Positions 11,062 to 21,224 of a DNA stretch of 64,000 nucleotides are shown here, piece by piece. The stretch spans positions 1 to 64,000 of IMG/VR virus record IMGVR_UViG_3300017589_000168, one strand, 5' to 3'. A program made the translations under genes and the position numbers. The notes under the pieces were generated by a model. The model was not told where the DNA came from and ran no database searches. It was given only the letters and a program-made list of their open reading frames with translations. This DNA comes from a virus (lineage: Duplodnaviria; Caudoviricetes). Each line of letters starts with the position of its first letter. Position 1 is the first letter of the stretch.

Positions 11062-12333
11062 CAGATTTTAGAGCAGAAACAGCGGTATATCAGTCAGATT
11101 ATGACCGGTCGCTCTACCCTCAGAACCTGTGAGGATGTAGATAGCACTATGCTCCAGTATGCCGAATTTAAGGCCCTTGCAACCTCCGACCCAAGAATTA
11201 AGGAGAAGATGGAAACGGATAACGAGATCAGCCGCCTGACGGTGCTGAAATCCGCATGGCAGAGCCAGCGCAACGACCTTCAGTACAGGATTGGAAAACA
11301 CTATCCAAGCCAGATTGCCGCCACCGAGCGTAAAATAGCAGGGATGGAAGCTGACCTTTCTACCTACACAGGAAATAAGCCGGCCGAGTTTCAAATGACT
11401 ATTGACGGCAGGCTCCATGATGAGCGAACGAAGGCTGCCGAACATTTCATGGTTCGTTCCCGCAAGCTGGGACGAAACACCGGGGACACCCTTGATGTGG
11501 GCAGCTATGCAGGCTTTCCAGTCCGGTTGATACGGCGTATGGGAGATGGAGTTGGCATCCAGCTATGCGGCAAATGCACCTATACTACAGATTTGGGCGA
11601 GTCGGAGCTGGGAAACATTACCCGTATTGAAAATCTTGCGGAACGCATTTCATCAGAACTGGAAGTCGCCAAGAACGACCTTGCGGATTTGCACCGCCAG
11701 CTTGATGCGGCGAAGCTGGAGAGTGAAAAACCCTTTGCCGGTGAAGAAAAATTGGTGCAGTTACAGAGAAAAAAAGTTGAGCTTGACCTTGCCTTAGAAT
11801 TTAAGGATACCCCTGATCCTGTTTTAGAGCCGGACGAGGACAATGAGAATGTTATGAATTATGAGCCGGACGGGGAAGCAGATGCACCAATCAGAACGGC
11901 TCCCCCCTCTGCACACCTCACGCTGGAACAGCGGCTGTATCAGAAGCTGGCGGTTTTCGCAAGCCCCATCCTTGAGGGGGACGCCTATTACATGAAGTTG
12001 AAAAGTGAAGGATTTGAGGATTTGGTGCTGGAGGCCATTGGTGGGGATGAATACAGTATCGCCCATTATTACAGACAAAATGGTGATTCCATGCGTGACC
12101 CTGAGATTACCTTTACCATTGATAGACAGACCTGTTCCATTCACCCTACATCGTTCTTACAGGACGATATAGGGCTTTTTTATGATACGGACAGCGTACC
12201 GCCATCAAGGGTGCGTGATTTGAAGGATTTCATGTCACAGTGGTTTACCAACATCAAGGAGCAGGGGTTTGAGCCTGAAAAGGTATCCGTATATTCATCG
12301 GAAAATGAAGATGAAAGCGAATTTGAAAGATAG
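11062..12333 (+). CDS. Exon 2 of the helicase/methylase gene (spliced product about 2631 aa)
   Basis: In frame from CAG at 11062 (QILEQKQ...); coiled-coil region and C-terminal domain; ends ESEFER. Confidence 0.88.
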   Translation, partial: QILEQKQRYISQIMTGRSTLRTCEDVDSTMLQYAEFKALATSDPRIKEKMETDNEISRLTVLKSAWQSQRNDLQYRIGKHYPSQIAATERKIAGMEADLSTYTGNKPAEFQMTIDGRLHDERTKAAEHFMVRSRKLGRNTGDTLDVGSYAGFPVRLIRRMGDGVGIQLCGKCTYTTDLGESELGNITRIENLAERISSELEVAKNDLADLHRQLDAAKLESEKPFAGEEKLVQLQRKKVELDLALEFKDTPDPVLEPDEDNENVMNYEPDGEADAPIRTAPPSAHLTLEQRLYQKLAVFASPILEGDAYYMKLKSEGFEDLVLEAIGGDEYSIAHYYRQNGDSMRDPEITFTIDRQTCSIHPTSFLQDDIGLFYDTDSVPPSRVRDLKDFMSQWFTNIKEQGFEPEKVSVYSSENEDESEFER

Positions 12334-12343
12334 GAGGGATTTT

Positions 12344-13015
12344 TTGAAACACGATATTTCACCAGAGCTGACCGAGCTTTTCAAGAAAAAAGCATCAGTC
12401 TTAGGGTATTCTGTTCGTGAAGAAGCTGCGGAGCATGACCCGCAGCTTCTTTTATCTGCTTTTCGGGATCAGGAGGAAATCTGCAAATTTGAAAAGACCG
12501 GCGCCATGCGTTTCAGGCGGGACAGCCCTTATGTGACGGAGCGTAAGGAACTGCACAATCTGCTGTTAGACCTAAAAGAACGCTATGATTTATACCTGAA
12601 CGCAAAACCGCTTGACTGTGAAGGGGTCCGTGATTTTCGGCTGATTTCAGAGTTTGGAAATCATCTTCTTGCCGCCAAGCAGTCCAAGGACAATGAAATC
12701 CGCTTTGTCACATGGCAGTATGATTATGACCGCAGCGGCGTGTCCCTCGGACATTACTATGAAACCAATTATGAGGGCGCTTTGAAGGATTTTACCGTGC
12801 GCTCCGGCCTGCTTGACGAAAATCAGCTTTTCACGAAGGATGAAATGGCGGTATTGTATGCCTCCTGCGTATTTCGTGGACGGAATGACGATGACCTGAC
12901 CTTTGAAAGCGAAAAGGAATTGCAGGCCGTCATAGAAAAACTGGAAAGCAATCTGCCCCAGCAGAGTATGGAGCAGGAAACCGCAGCGGAACAGGAGGTT
13001 GAGCATGGAATATAG
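12344..13015 (+). CDS. Hypothetical protein, paralog of 24204..24875 and 24887..25570
   Basis: SD GGAGG then TTG at 12344; RFVTW...DF.RSGL motif shared with the paralogs. Confidence 0.75.
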   Translation: MKHDISPELTELFKKKASVLGYSVREEAAEHDPQLLLSAFRDQEEICKFEKTGAMRFRRDSPYVTERKELHNLLLDLKERYDLYLNAKPLDCEGVRDFRLISEFGNHLLAAKQSKDNEIRFVTWQYDYDRSGVSLGHYYETNYEGALKDFTVRSGLLDENQLFTKDEMAVLYASCVFRGRNDDDLTFESEKELQAVIEKLESNLPQQSMEQETAAEQEVEHGI

Positions 13016-14384
13016 CCAAATCAACACCATTACCAAATTTGGCCCGGACGATTATTCCCTATGGACTCTCACCATGCCCCGTGACCAAATAGGACAAATC
13101 AGGCAAGGCGCGCCTGTTGTGGAGGGCGATATGCGCCGGGTGTTTGAGGAAATCCGTTCCGTCGATTACCAGCCGGAATCGGTATGCAACTTTGTCCTCC
13201 CCCAAAGCAAGGGCTTGCGCCTGTTTCGGGTTGATATGGGTGAAGATTTTGCAGACAGAAACCGGCATAACGGCTGCTCCGTCCGTGGCTCCAGAGAAGA
13301 AATCATGGCAGAGCTGCGTGAGGTACTCAAGGGGCAGGGATACCACCTATACGGAAATGCCCATTTTCAGAATGTAGATGTGCTGGAAACCCTGCAAAAG
13401 ATTGTGGAGCATAACACCGACTATTATAAAACGGACTTCCAGTATGATGTAGAAAAACTGCGAGCGGCTGCTGCTGACCGCAATGCGCAGCGGCATTTCC
13501 TCTGGATGAGCAGGGGCGGCGGAACATGGTGCTTTGCGGAACCGGAGGTCTATATCCGCAGAACCAATGCACATAACACATGGAATTACTACGGCGCCGG
13601 GAATAACAGCGAACACGTTAAAACCTTTTGGATTGAACTGAAAGGTATGCGGGATGAAAAGGTTATGGGCGATATTGTGGAGATAGATTATCAGAAGCAC
13701 TTGGATTATCTCTGCACCCATTCCTTTGAACCGGCTGCCGTAGAGGTAGTGTTCAAGAACCCCAACGGTCTGCGCACCTTTTCCTATCGGGAGTATAACG
13801 AAAATTATCAATCCATTGCCCAGCGTTACGGTACGGTGGAACGCATTGCATTTCAGGTGGAAAACTCCGACCAGTTTGCCCGTGCCGTTATTCAGGCACA
13901 TGGACTGTTTTGGGACGCCACAGAGCCGATGAAAATTGATGATTATGTGAAACGGCTGGATCGTGACCGGCTCCATGATTATGGCTATACCGCCGACAAT
14001 CTGGTTCTGACCGGCCCTTTAGATGCGGAAAAGGCGGTAAAAAACGCTCTTGCCTGCTATGCCCTTTCCCCTGACGGCTCCAAGGAGCTGATTGCCAACC
14101 GTGACGATTTCCAAAAGCACCAGTACAGAGGCGCACTGTTCGGCATGACAGCCGAGGAACGGGACACCCTGCAATATTTCAAGCAGGACTGCACTCCGCT
14201 GTTTTCCCATGAAGAAATGCGGGAAATCTGTGCTCTTGCGGTACAAGCAGGGATGGAAAATAGCCCTGAAAAGGCTTCCCTGCTGGATCGCATTATCCAT
14301 AAGGCGGAGTGCGCCATGTCAAAGGCGGAAATCTCATCTGCTTTGGAGCAAGAACATGAATTTGAGATGGAGGATAGAGAATGA
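13005..14384 (+). CDS. Hypothetical protein
   Basis: Long ORF coupled to both neighbours; SD GGAGG upstream. Confidence 0.75.
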   Translation: MEYSQINTITKFGPDDYSLWTLTMPRDQIGQIRQGAPVVEGDMRRVFEEIRSVDYQPESVCNFVLPQSKGLRLFRVDMGEDFADRNRHNGCSVRGSREEIMAELREVLKGQGYHLYGNAHFQNVDVLETLQKIVEHNTDYYKTDFQYDVEKLRAAAADRNAQRHFLWMSRGGGTWCFAEPEVYIRRTNAHNTWNYYGAGNNSEHVKTFWIELKGMRDEKVMGDIVEIDYQKHLDYLCTHSFEPAAVEVVFKNPNGLRTFSYREYNENYQSIAQRYGTVERIAFQVENSDQFARAVIQAHGLFWDATEPMKIDDYVKRLDRDRLHDYGYTADNLVLTGPLDAEKAVKNALACYALSPDGSKELIANRDDFQKHQYRGALFGMTAEERDTLQYFKQDCTPLFSHEEMREICALAVQAGMENSPEKASLLDRIIHKAECAMSKAEISSALEQEHEFEMEDRE

Positions 14385-17300
14385 AAAAGAAGATGAATCC
14401 CAAAACCAAACGGGCGGTGATGGTTCTTGCCATCATCGCCCTCCTTATTTTTATCATCGGGCTGGTAAGCTGTTCTATTCAGCTTTCGCAGAAAGCCCAG
14501 CCGCAGCCTGCTGTGACGGACACCGATAATCCGGTTCCCACCCCTGACGATAAAATTATAATCCCCAAAATCGACCCTCAAAACCCCGACAATCTGATTG
14601 ACGATGCACCTCCGCAGGAAACCATGGATAGCAAGCCGGAGGAAACCGGGAACGGCGGCAAAGATACGGAACAGGGAAAGAATACGCCTTCCCCTGCAAA
14701 ACCTACGGAGAAACCGCTGGTATCGCCCAAGCCGGTAAAGCCAGCCGATTCTGCCATACCACCGGTTACTCCAACCCCCAAGCCTACTATGCCGCCTGCT
14801 ACTCCCACACCAAAGCCGAGTGAGCCTGTGAAGCCGACAAAGCCCACCGAGCCACCGAAGCAGGAAGAAAAGCCAAGTACGCCCGACAAACCGGGCGGCG
14901 GCAGTACCAGCCATCCCGCCGCTGTGGTAGAAATCCTTATCCCTGAGTACAGTCACGCAGATAGGGATTTTGAAGTAAAGACCACTCTGCGCAACGTGAA
15001 GTCGCTGGACTGGACGATTGCCGTGGACGGAAAAGATACCCCGCAGGGGGATTTTCTGAAAGGCACGCTTGATATAAACGGTGGAAAAATCACCATTACC
15101 AAGCCGGGGCAGTATGTTTTGACCGCTGCCGCTAAAAATCATGGTAATCGTGCCTATACCTTTACCAAGGTAATTACCATTTATCCTACCTTTGACATCA
15201 AGATAGGGGCAGACGAAACTGCCCATACGGATCAATCCTTTGCAGTAAAAACCACGCTTTCCAACAACGTGAAGCAGCAATTAAACTGGCATATCTACAA
15301 AGATGGCAGCGAGGTAAAATGGCAGGAGGCCGTAACAGGCTCCCTCACCAATGCCGGAGGCTCCATTCAAATCAAGGATAAGGGCAGCTACACGCTGAAG
15401 GCTGCCGCCTACGATGAAACCAGCCGGGAATTTTTCGGCAAAGCTGATGTAGAGGTTTATCCTATTATCGAAATCGGCGTACAGGCTCCTGTCGCCGCCC
15501 ACACCGATACCCCTGTTACCGTTACTGTGAATACCAAGGAGTTGGGAGATCTCACACTTGCATGGACTGCGACCAAAGACGGCAAAGAAATCCCCCTGGC
15601 CGACTGTATGGAGGGCAAACTGGACAATACCGGCGGCACGGTGCGTTTCCTCGGCAAAGGAGGTTACAGCCTGATCGCCACAGCTACTGATAAGGCTGGC
15701 AGGGCATTTAGTGGAAAAGCGGATATTAAAATCTATCCTGTGACCGCTTTTTCGTTTTACCTTCCTGCCACTACCCACACCGATAAACCTGTTGAGGTAA
15801 AGGTGGTGTCCTCTGAATTGCAGGACATGACCGCTGAATGGACGGTGCTTTATAACGGTGAAATCACACCTCTTGCATCGGTGCTGGAGGGCAACCTGAC
15901 CAATGAGGGCGGCACGATCCGGTTTAAGCAGAAAGGCGCCTATACGCTGAAAGCTACCCTGATTGATGCCCTCGGACGAGAATACAGCCATGAGGCCAGC
16001 ACTGTGATTTATCCTGTTGCGGAAACAGGTTTTTATATTCCCCCTCAGACCCACACCGATACGGCCGTAGAGGTCAAGACCAGCTTTCAGGAAACAGCGG
16101 GATTGACTGCCGAATGGAGCTTGACGAAGGGCGGCAAGCCAATCACGCTGGAGAGCGGCTTTGACGGAACGCTCACCAATGAGGGCGGCAAAATCCGCTT
16201 TTCCGAGATTGGTGAATATGTTTTGAAGGCGGCTGTTACCGACAGCACCGGCCGCAGCTTTACCTATACCGCCCCTGTAAAAGTATATCCTGTCATCACG
16301 GTTGCAATGGAACTCACCAAGGAAACCCACACGGATAAGGTGGCAACGGCTTCTGTCAAGCTGTCAAACGCCGGTTCCCTGCCTGTGGCTTGGAGCATGG
16401 CAAAAGACAATGTGCCGGTACAGCCTGAGCAGGAGTTGACCGACAAGGGCGGTTCTATCCACTTTTCAGAAAAAGGCAGCTATACCGTGACCGCAGCCGT
16501 AACCGATGAGGCTGGGAGGACTTTTGAGGACAGCAAGACTGTCAAGGTTTACCCAATCCCCGGCATTGCTTTCAGTCTGCCTGCCGCTGTCCACACCGAT
16601 GACATGGTGACGGTTGATACTGCCCTCACCGATATGGAGGGACTGGCGGCGGTATGGTATGTTGACAATACCTATGGTTTTCAGGATTGGGCGGTCTACA
16701 TCGACGGGCAACTAAGCAATCAGGGCGGCTCCATTCACTTCAAGCGTGCGGGTGTTTATGACTTGCAGGCCCGTGTCACTGATCCGACCGGACGGGTATT
16801 CTTCTATAACAGCGGAAAAATCGAAGTCTTGCCGGTGCTCTCCCTCTCCTTTGAACTTCCTGCCACTGGGCATACCGATACACAGATTGAGGTCAGAACG
16901 AGGGGAAACAATAATGTGCTGCCGGTGGAATGGGCGCTGATGAAAAATGGCACAGTCATTCCTTTGGATCAGGCTGTCAGCGGCTCTCTCAATGCACAGG
17001 GCGGTAAAATCCGCTTTACCGGGAATGGTGAATACCGCCTGACAGCAACCATGACAGATGCGCTGGGCAGGATGTTTACCGCCAGCAGTCAGATCAGTAT
17101 TTTCCCCCTTTACAACTGCGATTTCTCTATGCCAGCGGCGATTCATACAGGTCAAAACTTTGTTGTCAACATGAGCAGCTCCATCAACCTGAATGGAAAG
17201 AGCATCGTATGGACGGCAACGAAGGATGGCGCAGCCGTATCCGTTCCCGACTTCTTTAAGGGAGCGCTGGGCAATGGGGGCGGCACGGTTCATGTGGATA

Positions 17301-18439
17301 CGGCAGGCAGTTATCAGCTCACCGCATCCATCACGGATGAGCTGGACAGGGTATTTTCTTGTACCCAAACCATCACGATTTCCAATACTGCACCCTCCAA
17401 ACCGACCCTGACCGCTGATGTGACGAGGACATATGCAGACGGCAAATTCTTAGTGAACCTCACAGCCGCCAGCACTGACCCGGACGGAGATACAGTCATT
17501 TATGAGTTTGAGGGCAAGAACGCAGACAATTATTACCCCCTTGGAACGCATACTGTCAAAGTAAGAGCGAAAGACAGTTATGGCGGGGTTTCGGATTGGA
17601 CAGCGGCAACCTTTACTGTCGCCAATGCCGCACCCGGCAAGCCTGCTTTCTCAGCCAGCGTGACGAGAACAGCCAAAGACGGAAGTTTCCTTGTGAACTT
17701 CTCCGTAAGCAGCACCGATCCTGACGGTGATGCGGTCAGCTATGAGTATCAGAACATGACCGCTGATCGCTATTACCCTGTTGGTACGCATACCGTCAAG
17801 GTAAAGGCGAAAGACAATTATGGCAGTGTTTCCGATTGGGCGGTAGTTACATTTACCGTTGCCAACTCTGCGCCGACCCGCCCTGAGATTACGAGGACAC
17901 CGGGCGGCAACAGCGTGGTGCCGGGAACGCCTGTTACCATCACCGCAAGCAGTGTTGACCCGGACGGAGATAGTATCACCTATGTTTGGGAGGGCAGACC
18001 GTCACAGACGGCTACCTATCCCCTCGGCAAAAACACCGTAAGGGTGAAAGCCGTTGACAGCACCGGCGCAGAGTCGCCATGGGCAGCTATTGTTTTCTTT
18101 GTTATGGATGCAAACGGCAGCGGTGGCATGATGCTGACCGGTCCTGATTCCACCATCAACGAAAACGGGATTGAGGGGGCGACCATTGCAAATTATACCT
18201 TTAATGTACCTCCCGTTTCCGGTCACAGTGGGCAGGACTATGGTAGAGTGCGTGGATACAATGTAACAACCGGCGCGTGGGATCAGCTTGACTACGGGAC
18301 GACCAGCAACGGCATATCCTTCAGCCGGAATTTAACACCCGGCGTATATTCCAAGCTGGAATTTTACTATTATACCAACCACTCGTGTATGTATAACAAA
18401 TCCAATATTACCTATACGGTGGAATATCACTTTGAATAA
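14381..18439 (+). CDS. Large surface protein: N-terminal TM anchor, Pro-rich stalk, tandem Ig/PKD-like repeats; candidate mating adhesin
   Basis: Hydrophobic N-terminus; PTP/KP-rich linker; about 8 repeats with HTD and G.L.N.GG.I.F motifs; three DPDGD-containing repeats. Confidence 0.8.
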   Translation: MKKKMNPKTKRAVMVLAIIALLIFIIGLVSCSIQLSQKAQPQPAVTDTDNPVPTPDDKIIIPKIDPQNPDNLIDDAPPQETMDSKPEETGNGGKDTEQGKNTPSPAKPTEKPLVSPKPVKPADSAIPPVTPTPKPTMPPATPTPKPSEPVKPTKPTEPPKQEEKPSTPDKPGGGSTSHPAAVVEILIPEYSHADRDFEVKTTLRNVKSLDWTIAVDGKDTPQGDFLKGTLDINGGKITITKPGQYVLTAAAKNHGNRAYTFTKVITIYPTFDIKIGADETAHTDQSFAVKTTLSNNVKQQLNWHIYKDGSEVKWQEAVTGSLTNAGGSIQIKDKGSYTLKAAAYDETSREFFGKADVEVYPIIEIGVQAPVAAHTDTPVTVTVNTKELGDLTLAWTATKDGKEIPLADCMEGKLDNTGGTVRFLGKGGYSLIATATDKAGRAFSGKADIKIYPVTAFSFYLPATTHTDKPVEVKVVSSELQDMTAEWTVLYNGEITPLASVLEGNLTNEGGTIRFKQKGAYTLKATLIDALGREYSHEASTVIYPVAETGFYIPPQTHTDTAVEVKTSFQETAGLTAEWSLTKGGKPITLESGFDGTLTNEGGKIRFSEIGEYVLKAAVTDSTGRSFTYTAPVKVYPVITVAMELTKETHTDKVATASVKLSNAGSLPVAWSMAKDNVPVQPEQELTDKGGSIHFSEKGSYTVTAAVTDEAGRTFEDSKTVKVYPIPGIAFSLPAAVHTDDMVTVDTALTDMEGLAAVWYVDNTYGFQDWAVYIDGQLSNQGGSIHFKRAGVYDLQARVTDPTGRVFFYNSGKIEVLPVLSLSFELPATGHTDTQIEVRTRGNNNVLPVEWALMKNGTVIPLDQAVSGSLNAQGGKIRFTGNGEYRLTATMTDALGRMFTASSQISIFPLYNCDFSMPAAIHTGQNFVVNMSSSINLNGKSIVWTATKDGAAVSVPDFFKGALGNGGGTVHVDTAGSYQLTASITDELDRVFSCTQTITISNTAPSKPTLTADVTRTYADGKFLVNLTAASTDPDGDTVIYEFEGKNADNYYPLGTHTVKVRAKDSYGGVSDWTAATFTVANAAPGKPAFSASVTRTAKDGSFLVNFSVSSTDPDGDAVSYEYQNMTADRYYPVGTHTVKVKAKDNYGSVSDWAVVTFTVANSAPTRPEITRTPGGNSVVPGTPVTITASSVDPDGDSITYVWEGRPSQTATYPLGKNTVRVKAVDSTGAESPWAAIVFFVMDANGSGGMMLTGPDSTINENGIEGATIANYTFNVPPVSGHSGQDYGRVRGYNVTTGAWDQLDYGTTSNGISFSRNLTPGVYSKLEFYYYTNHSCMYNKSNITYTVEYHFE

Positions 18440-18452
18440 GTAACATTTGCTA

Positions 18453-18492
18453 CGGGGCATCGCCAGCCATGGTGATGCCCCGATACTTTTTT
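18453..18492 (+). terminator. Intrinsic terminator
   Basis: 13-bp stem CGGGGCATCGCCA/TGGTGATGCCCCG followed by ATACTTTTTT. Confidence 0.7.
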
Positions 18493-18508
18493 GGAAAAGG
18501 AGGTCACG

Positions 18509-19189
18509 ATGCAGGGATTTTTGAAGCCTTATCAAGTGGAGCAGATTAAAAAGAAATATCCGCCCGGCACACGCATCCAGCTTGACCACATGGAAGGAGA
18601 ACATGATATGCCTGACGGCTTGCAGGGCGTGGTGAAGCACATTGATGACCAAGGGCAGCTACACATGGCATGGCAGAATGGGCGTTCCCTTGCGCTTATA
18701 CCAAATGCGGATCAGTTTCACATTCTCCCGCCTGAACAGCAATCGGAGGAAAATAAAATCCGTGTGCTAGTGGTGGAGCTGGGCAAAGCACCCTATGCCA
18801 AGCAGATGGAGAATGACTACCGGACTATGCAGGAGTTGGTGGACGGCTGCATTGAGTTTGTTCCCTTGCCGGAACTGGGCTGCCGCCTTTACTGCAATAA
18901 TGAAGGCAAGCTGACCGGTATACCCGGAAACCGCCGCCTTGATAACAAAGATATTATCTGCGGCACATTTTTCGTCTGCGCTGTTGATGAGCATGGAAAT
19001 GACATTTCCCTGAACGATGAGCAACTCCAATACTACACCGCGCGTTTCCGGGCGCCGGAACACTACACTGATGAGGAAGTCCATCATTCAGAGCGTGAAC
19101 TCAAGATTATGCCCTCCGCAAGCGACAGCATAGAGGATGTCATGCGTATGCTTGGACTTTTGGACGGCAATGACGAAATGGAGAGATAA
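18509..19189 (+). CDS. DUF4314 plus DUF3846-like protein
   Basis: YPPGTRIQL...G.V..IDD.G.LH..W.NG.SL.LIP; then QELVDG.IE...CNNEGKL...ICGTFFV. Confidence 0.65.
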   Translation: MQGFLKPYQVEQIKKKYPPGTRIQLDHMEGEHDMPDGLQGVVKHIDDQGQLHMAWQNGRSLALIPNADQFHILPPEQQSEENKIRVLVVELGKAPYAKQMENDYRTMQELVDGCIEFVPLPELGCRLYCNNEGKLTGIPGNRRLDNKDIICGTFFVCAVDEHGNDISLNDEQLQYYTARFRAPEHYTDEEVHHSERELKIMPSASDSIEDVMRMLGLLDGNDEMER

Positions 19190-19190
19190 C

Positions 19191-19745
19191 ATGGAAGAAA
19201 ATCAAAGTAAGCTGGACAGCTATATTGACTATATCAATGCACATATCCTGCCTTTTATCGACTACAACGAGCTTGACCGTTCTTACCGGACGGAGGAAAA
19301 GGCGTATGCAAAAGGGATTTTGAACCGCCTGCATACGGCTATGCTGGAGCAGTATGGGAACACCCGGCTTGTTTGCGGTCATGGCGATATACATGAGGAT
19401 TATGCCGTGGTTCCCGGCGTGGTACAGGGGAAGAAAACCGGAGAAGTCGCCCTTGCGCTGCTGGGCATAGACCTCTCATCCTCCGGGGAGCATTGTCAAA
19501 CAGAATTTCTCTGTAAATATGGCATCGTTTCACAGGGGCATAATGATTTACCGAAGGCTCTTGCCGGTGAAGTTACCGCAAGGTATCTTCCCTATGACTA
19601 CTGCTACACAGCGGATATTTCCGGTGACATTCATATTTCCAAGAGTAGGCTGCCGGAGGGTATCAAGGAGATGCTGCAAACCTTTCAGGAGCATACGGCG
19701 GAGCTTTTGTTTGAAGAAAGCACGGATATGGATATGGAACGCTGA
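19191..19745 (+). CDS. Hypothetical protein
   Basis: ORF starts 2 nt after the upstream stop; ends DMDMER. Confidence 0.7.
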   Translation: MEENQSKLDSYIDYINAHILPFIDYNELDRSYRTEEKAYAKGILNRLHTAMLEQYGNTRLVCGHGDIHEDYAVVPGVVQGKKTGEVALALLGIDLSSSGEHCQTEFLCKYGIVSQGHNDLPKALAGEVTARYLPYDYCYTADISGDIHISKSRLPEGIKEMLQTFQEHTAELLFEESTDMDMER

Positions 19746-19788
19746 CCGTCCTGTTTGCAGGGCGGTTTTCGATTGGAGGTGAATCAAT

Positions 19789-20835
19789 TTGAGAACGCAG
19801 CCAAGGAGAATGCCATTTACCGAGGAACAGATGAAACAGGTTTTTGACACCAGTATTATTGATTTTGCGCTCACTAACCATTTGCAGCTCGAAAAAGGAG
19901 ACCATGCGACCATGCATGTTAAGGGGCTGCCTGACGGCTGTGGTGGCCTGTACCTCTTTAATCATGGGCGTGGGTATTACTGGTTTGCGAAAGAAACCAA
20001 AGGCAATATTCTCGATTTTGCTATGGATTATTTTGAGCTTTCTACAAAAACACAGGCGATTGAAATGATTTTGGGCTGCTGCGCGCATGATCATTCGGAG
20101 GACTATGCGCGGCTGAATTTTACCCCATCAGAAAAGCCGCCAAGGGGGGAACTGGTTCTGCCTCCCAAAGACAGGGATTTTAACCGTACCATTGCCTACC
20201 TGACAGGAACCCGTGGGATTGATAAGGAGATTGTCTATGCCATGATCAATGCAGGGAAGGTCTACGGAGCCAGAACAGAGGTAAAGAAGGACGGACAGAC
20301 CTACTCGTTTCACAACTGCGCTTTTGTCGGATACGACGAAGCGGGTAAGCCCCGGTACTGCGCTTTACGGGCACCCAGCGCAAACAGCAGCTTTCGGCAG
20401 GATGTGGAGAATTCGGATAAGACCTACGGCTTTTGCATGGAGGGAAAATCAAACCGGGTGTATGCCTTTGAAGCCCCCATTGACGCCATGAGCCATGCCA
20501 CCCTTTGCAAATTCCACGGCATTGACTGGCGAGAGGATCATCGGGTAGCCGAGGGCTGCCTGTCAGATAAGGCGCTATACCGTTACCTTCAGCACCATCC
20601 TGAAATCACCGAGATTGTGTTCTGCTACGATAACGATATGGACGGCAAGCTGAAAGACGGTATCCCCCACAATCATGGTCAGGTGCAAGCCGAGCTTTCC
20701 GCTGAAACTTTTGCGGATTTGGGGTATAGGACTATGATACAAACACCGGTCAACAAGGATTTTAACCTTGACCTCCTTGCATTTAGAAAAGTATTGGCAC
20801 AGGAAAAGCGCCCATTGGAAGAATGGGAGAGATAA
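19789..20835 (+). CDS. DUF3991/Toprim-domain protein (primase-like)
   Basis: YLTGTRGIDKEIV; VYAFEAPIDAMSH; CYDNDMDG Toprim DxD motif. Confidence 0.8.
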   Translation: MRTQPRRMPFTEEQMKQVFDTSIIDFALTNHLQLEKGDHATMHVKGLPDGCGGLYLFNHGRGYYWFAKETKGNILDFAMDYFELSTKTQAIEMILGCCAHDHSEDYARLNFTPSEKPPRGELVLPPKDRDFNRTIAYLTGTRGIDKEIVYAMINAGKVYGARTEVKKDGQTYSFHNCAFVGYDEAGKPRYCALRAPSANSSFRQDVENSDKTYGFCMEGKSNRVYAFEAPIDAMSHATLCKFHGIDWREDHRVAEGCLSDKALYRYLQHHPEITEIVFCYDNDMDGKLKDGIPHNHGQVQAELSAETFADLGYRTMIQTPVNKDFNLDLLAFRKVLAQEKRPLEEWER

Positions 20836-20869
20836 TCAGTCCGGGGGTCCTCGGAGAAAGGAGGCTGCC

Positions 20870-21211
20870 ATGCGCCCGGTTTATATTTGTCAGCTTTCCG
20901 AGAAAGAGCAGAATGAGATACGGAAGCTGTTAGAGGGCTTGATTCTCCATGGCTGCGGCGGGGATAAGTCCGAGGTGCAGCGTTACTATGGCATGAGCTT
21001 TGAAGAAGCGGTACAGAACGGTATGGATTCCAAGATTGTGGATTTAGACTATCTGATGGTTTTCTACGCAGAGGAATATCAGACCTCCAGCGTGGATGAA
21101 CAGTTTCGTCTGGCTGACGCCGCTGTGATCTCCCATATTCTCAGGGAAGCGAGAAAGCATGAAACAGATAATCCATTGATTCCATGTCAGGAAGATGAAT
21201 GGGAACGGTAG
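20870..21211 (+). CDS. Hypothetical protein
   Basis: SD AAGGAGG then ATG at 20870; ends EDEWER. Confidence 0.65.
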   Translation: MRPVYICQLSEKEQNEIRKLLEGLILHGCGGDKSEVQRYYGMSFEEAVQNGMDSKIVDLDYLMVFYAEEYQTSSVDEQFRLADAAVISHILREARKHETDNPLIPCQEDEWER

Positions 21212-21224
21212 TATAGACTTTTGT

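Noticed and set aside
14057-17368. Long antisense ORFs (407, 349 and 218 aa)
   Set aside because: Shadows of the repetitive surface-protein gene; no SD or recognisable motifs.
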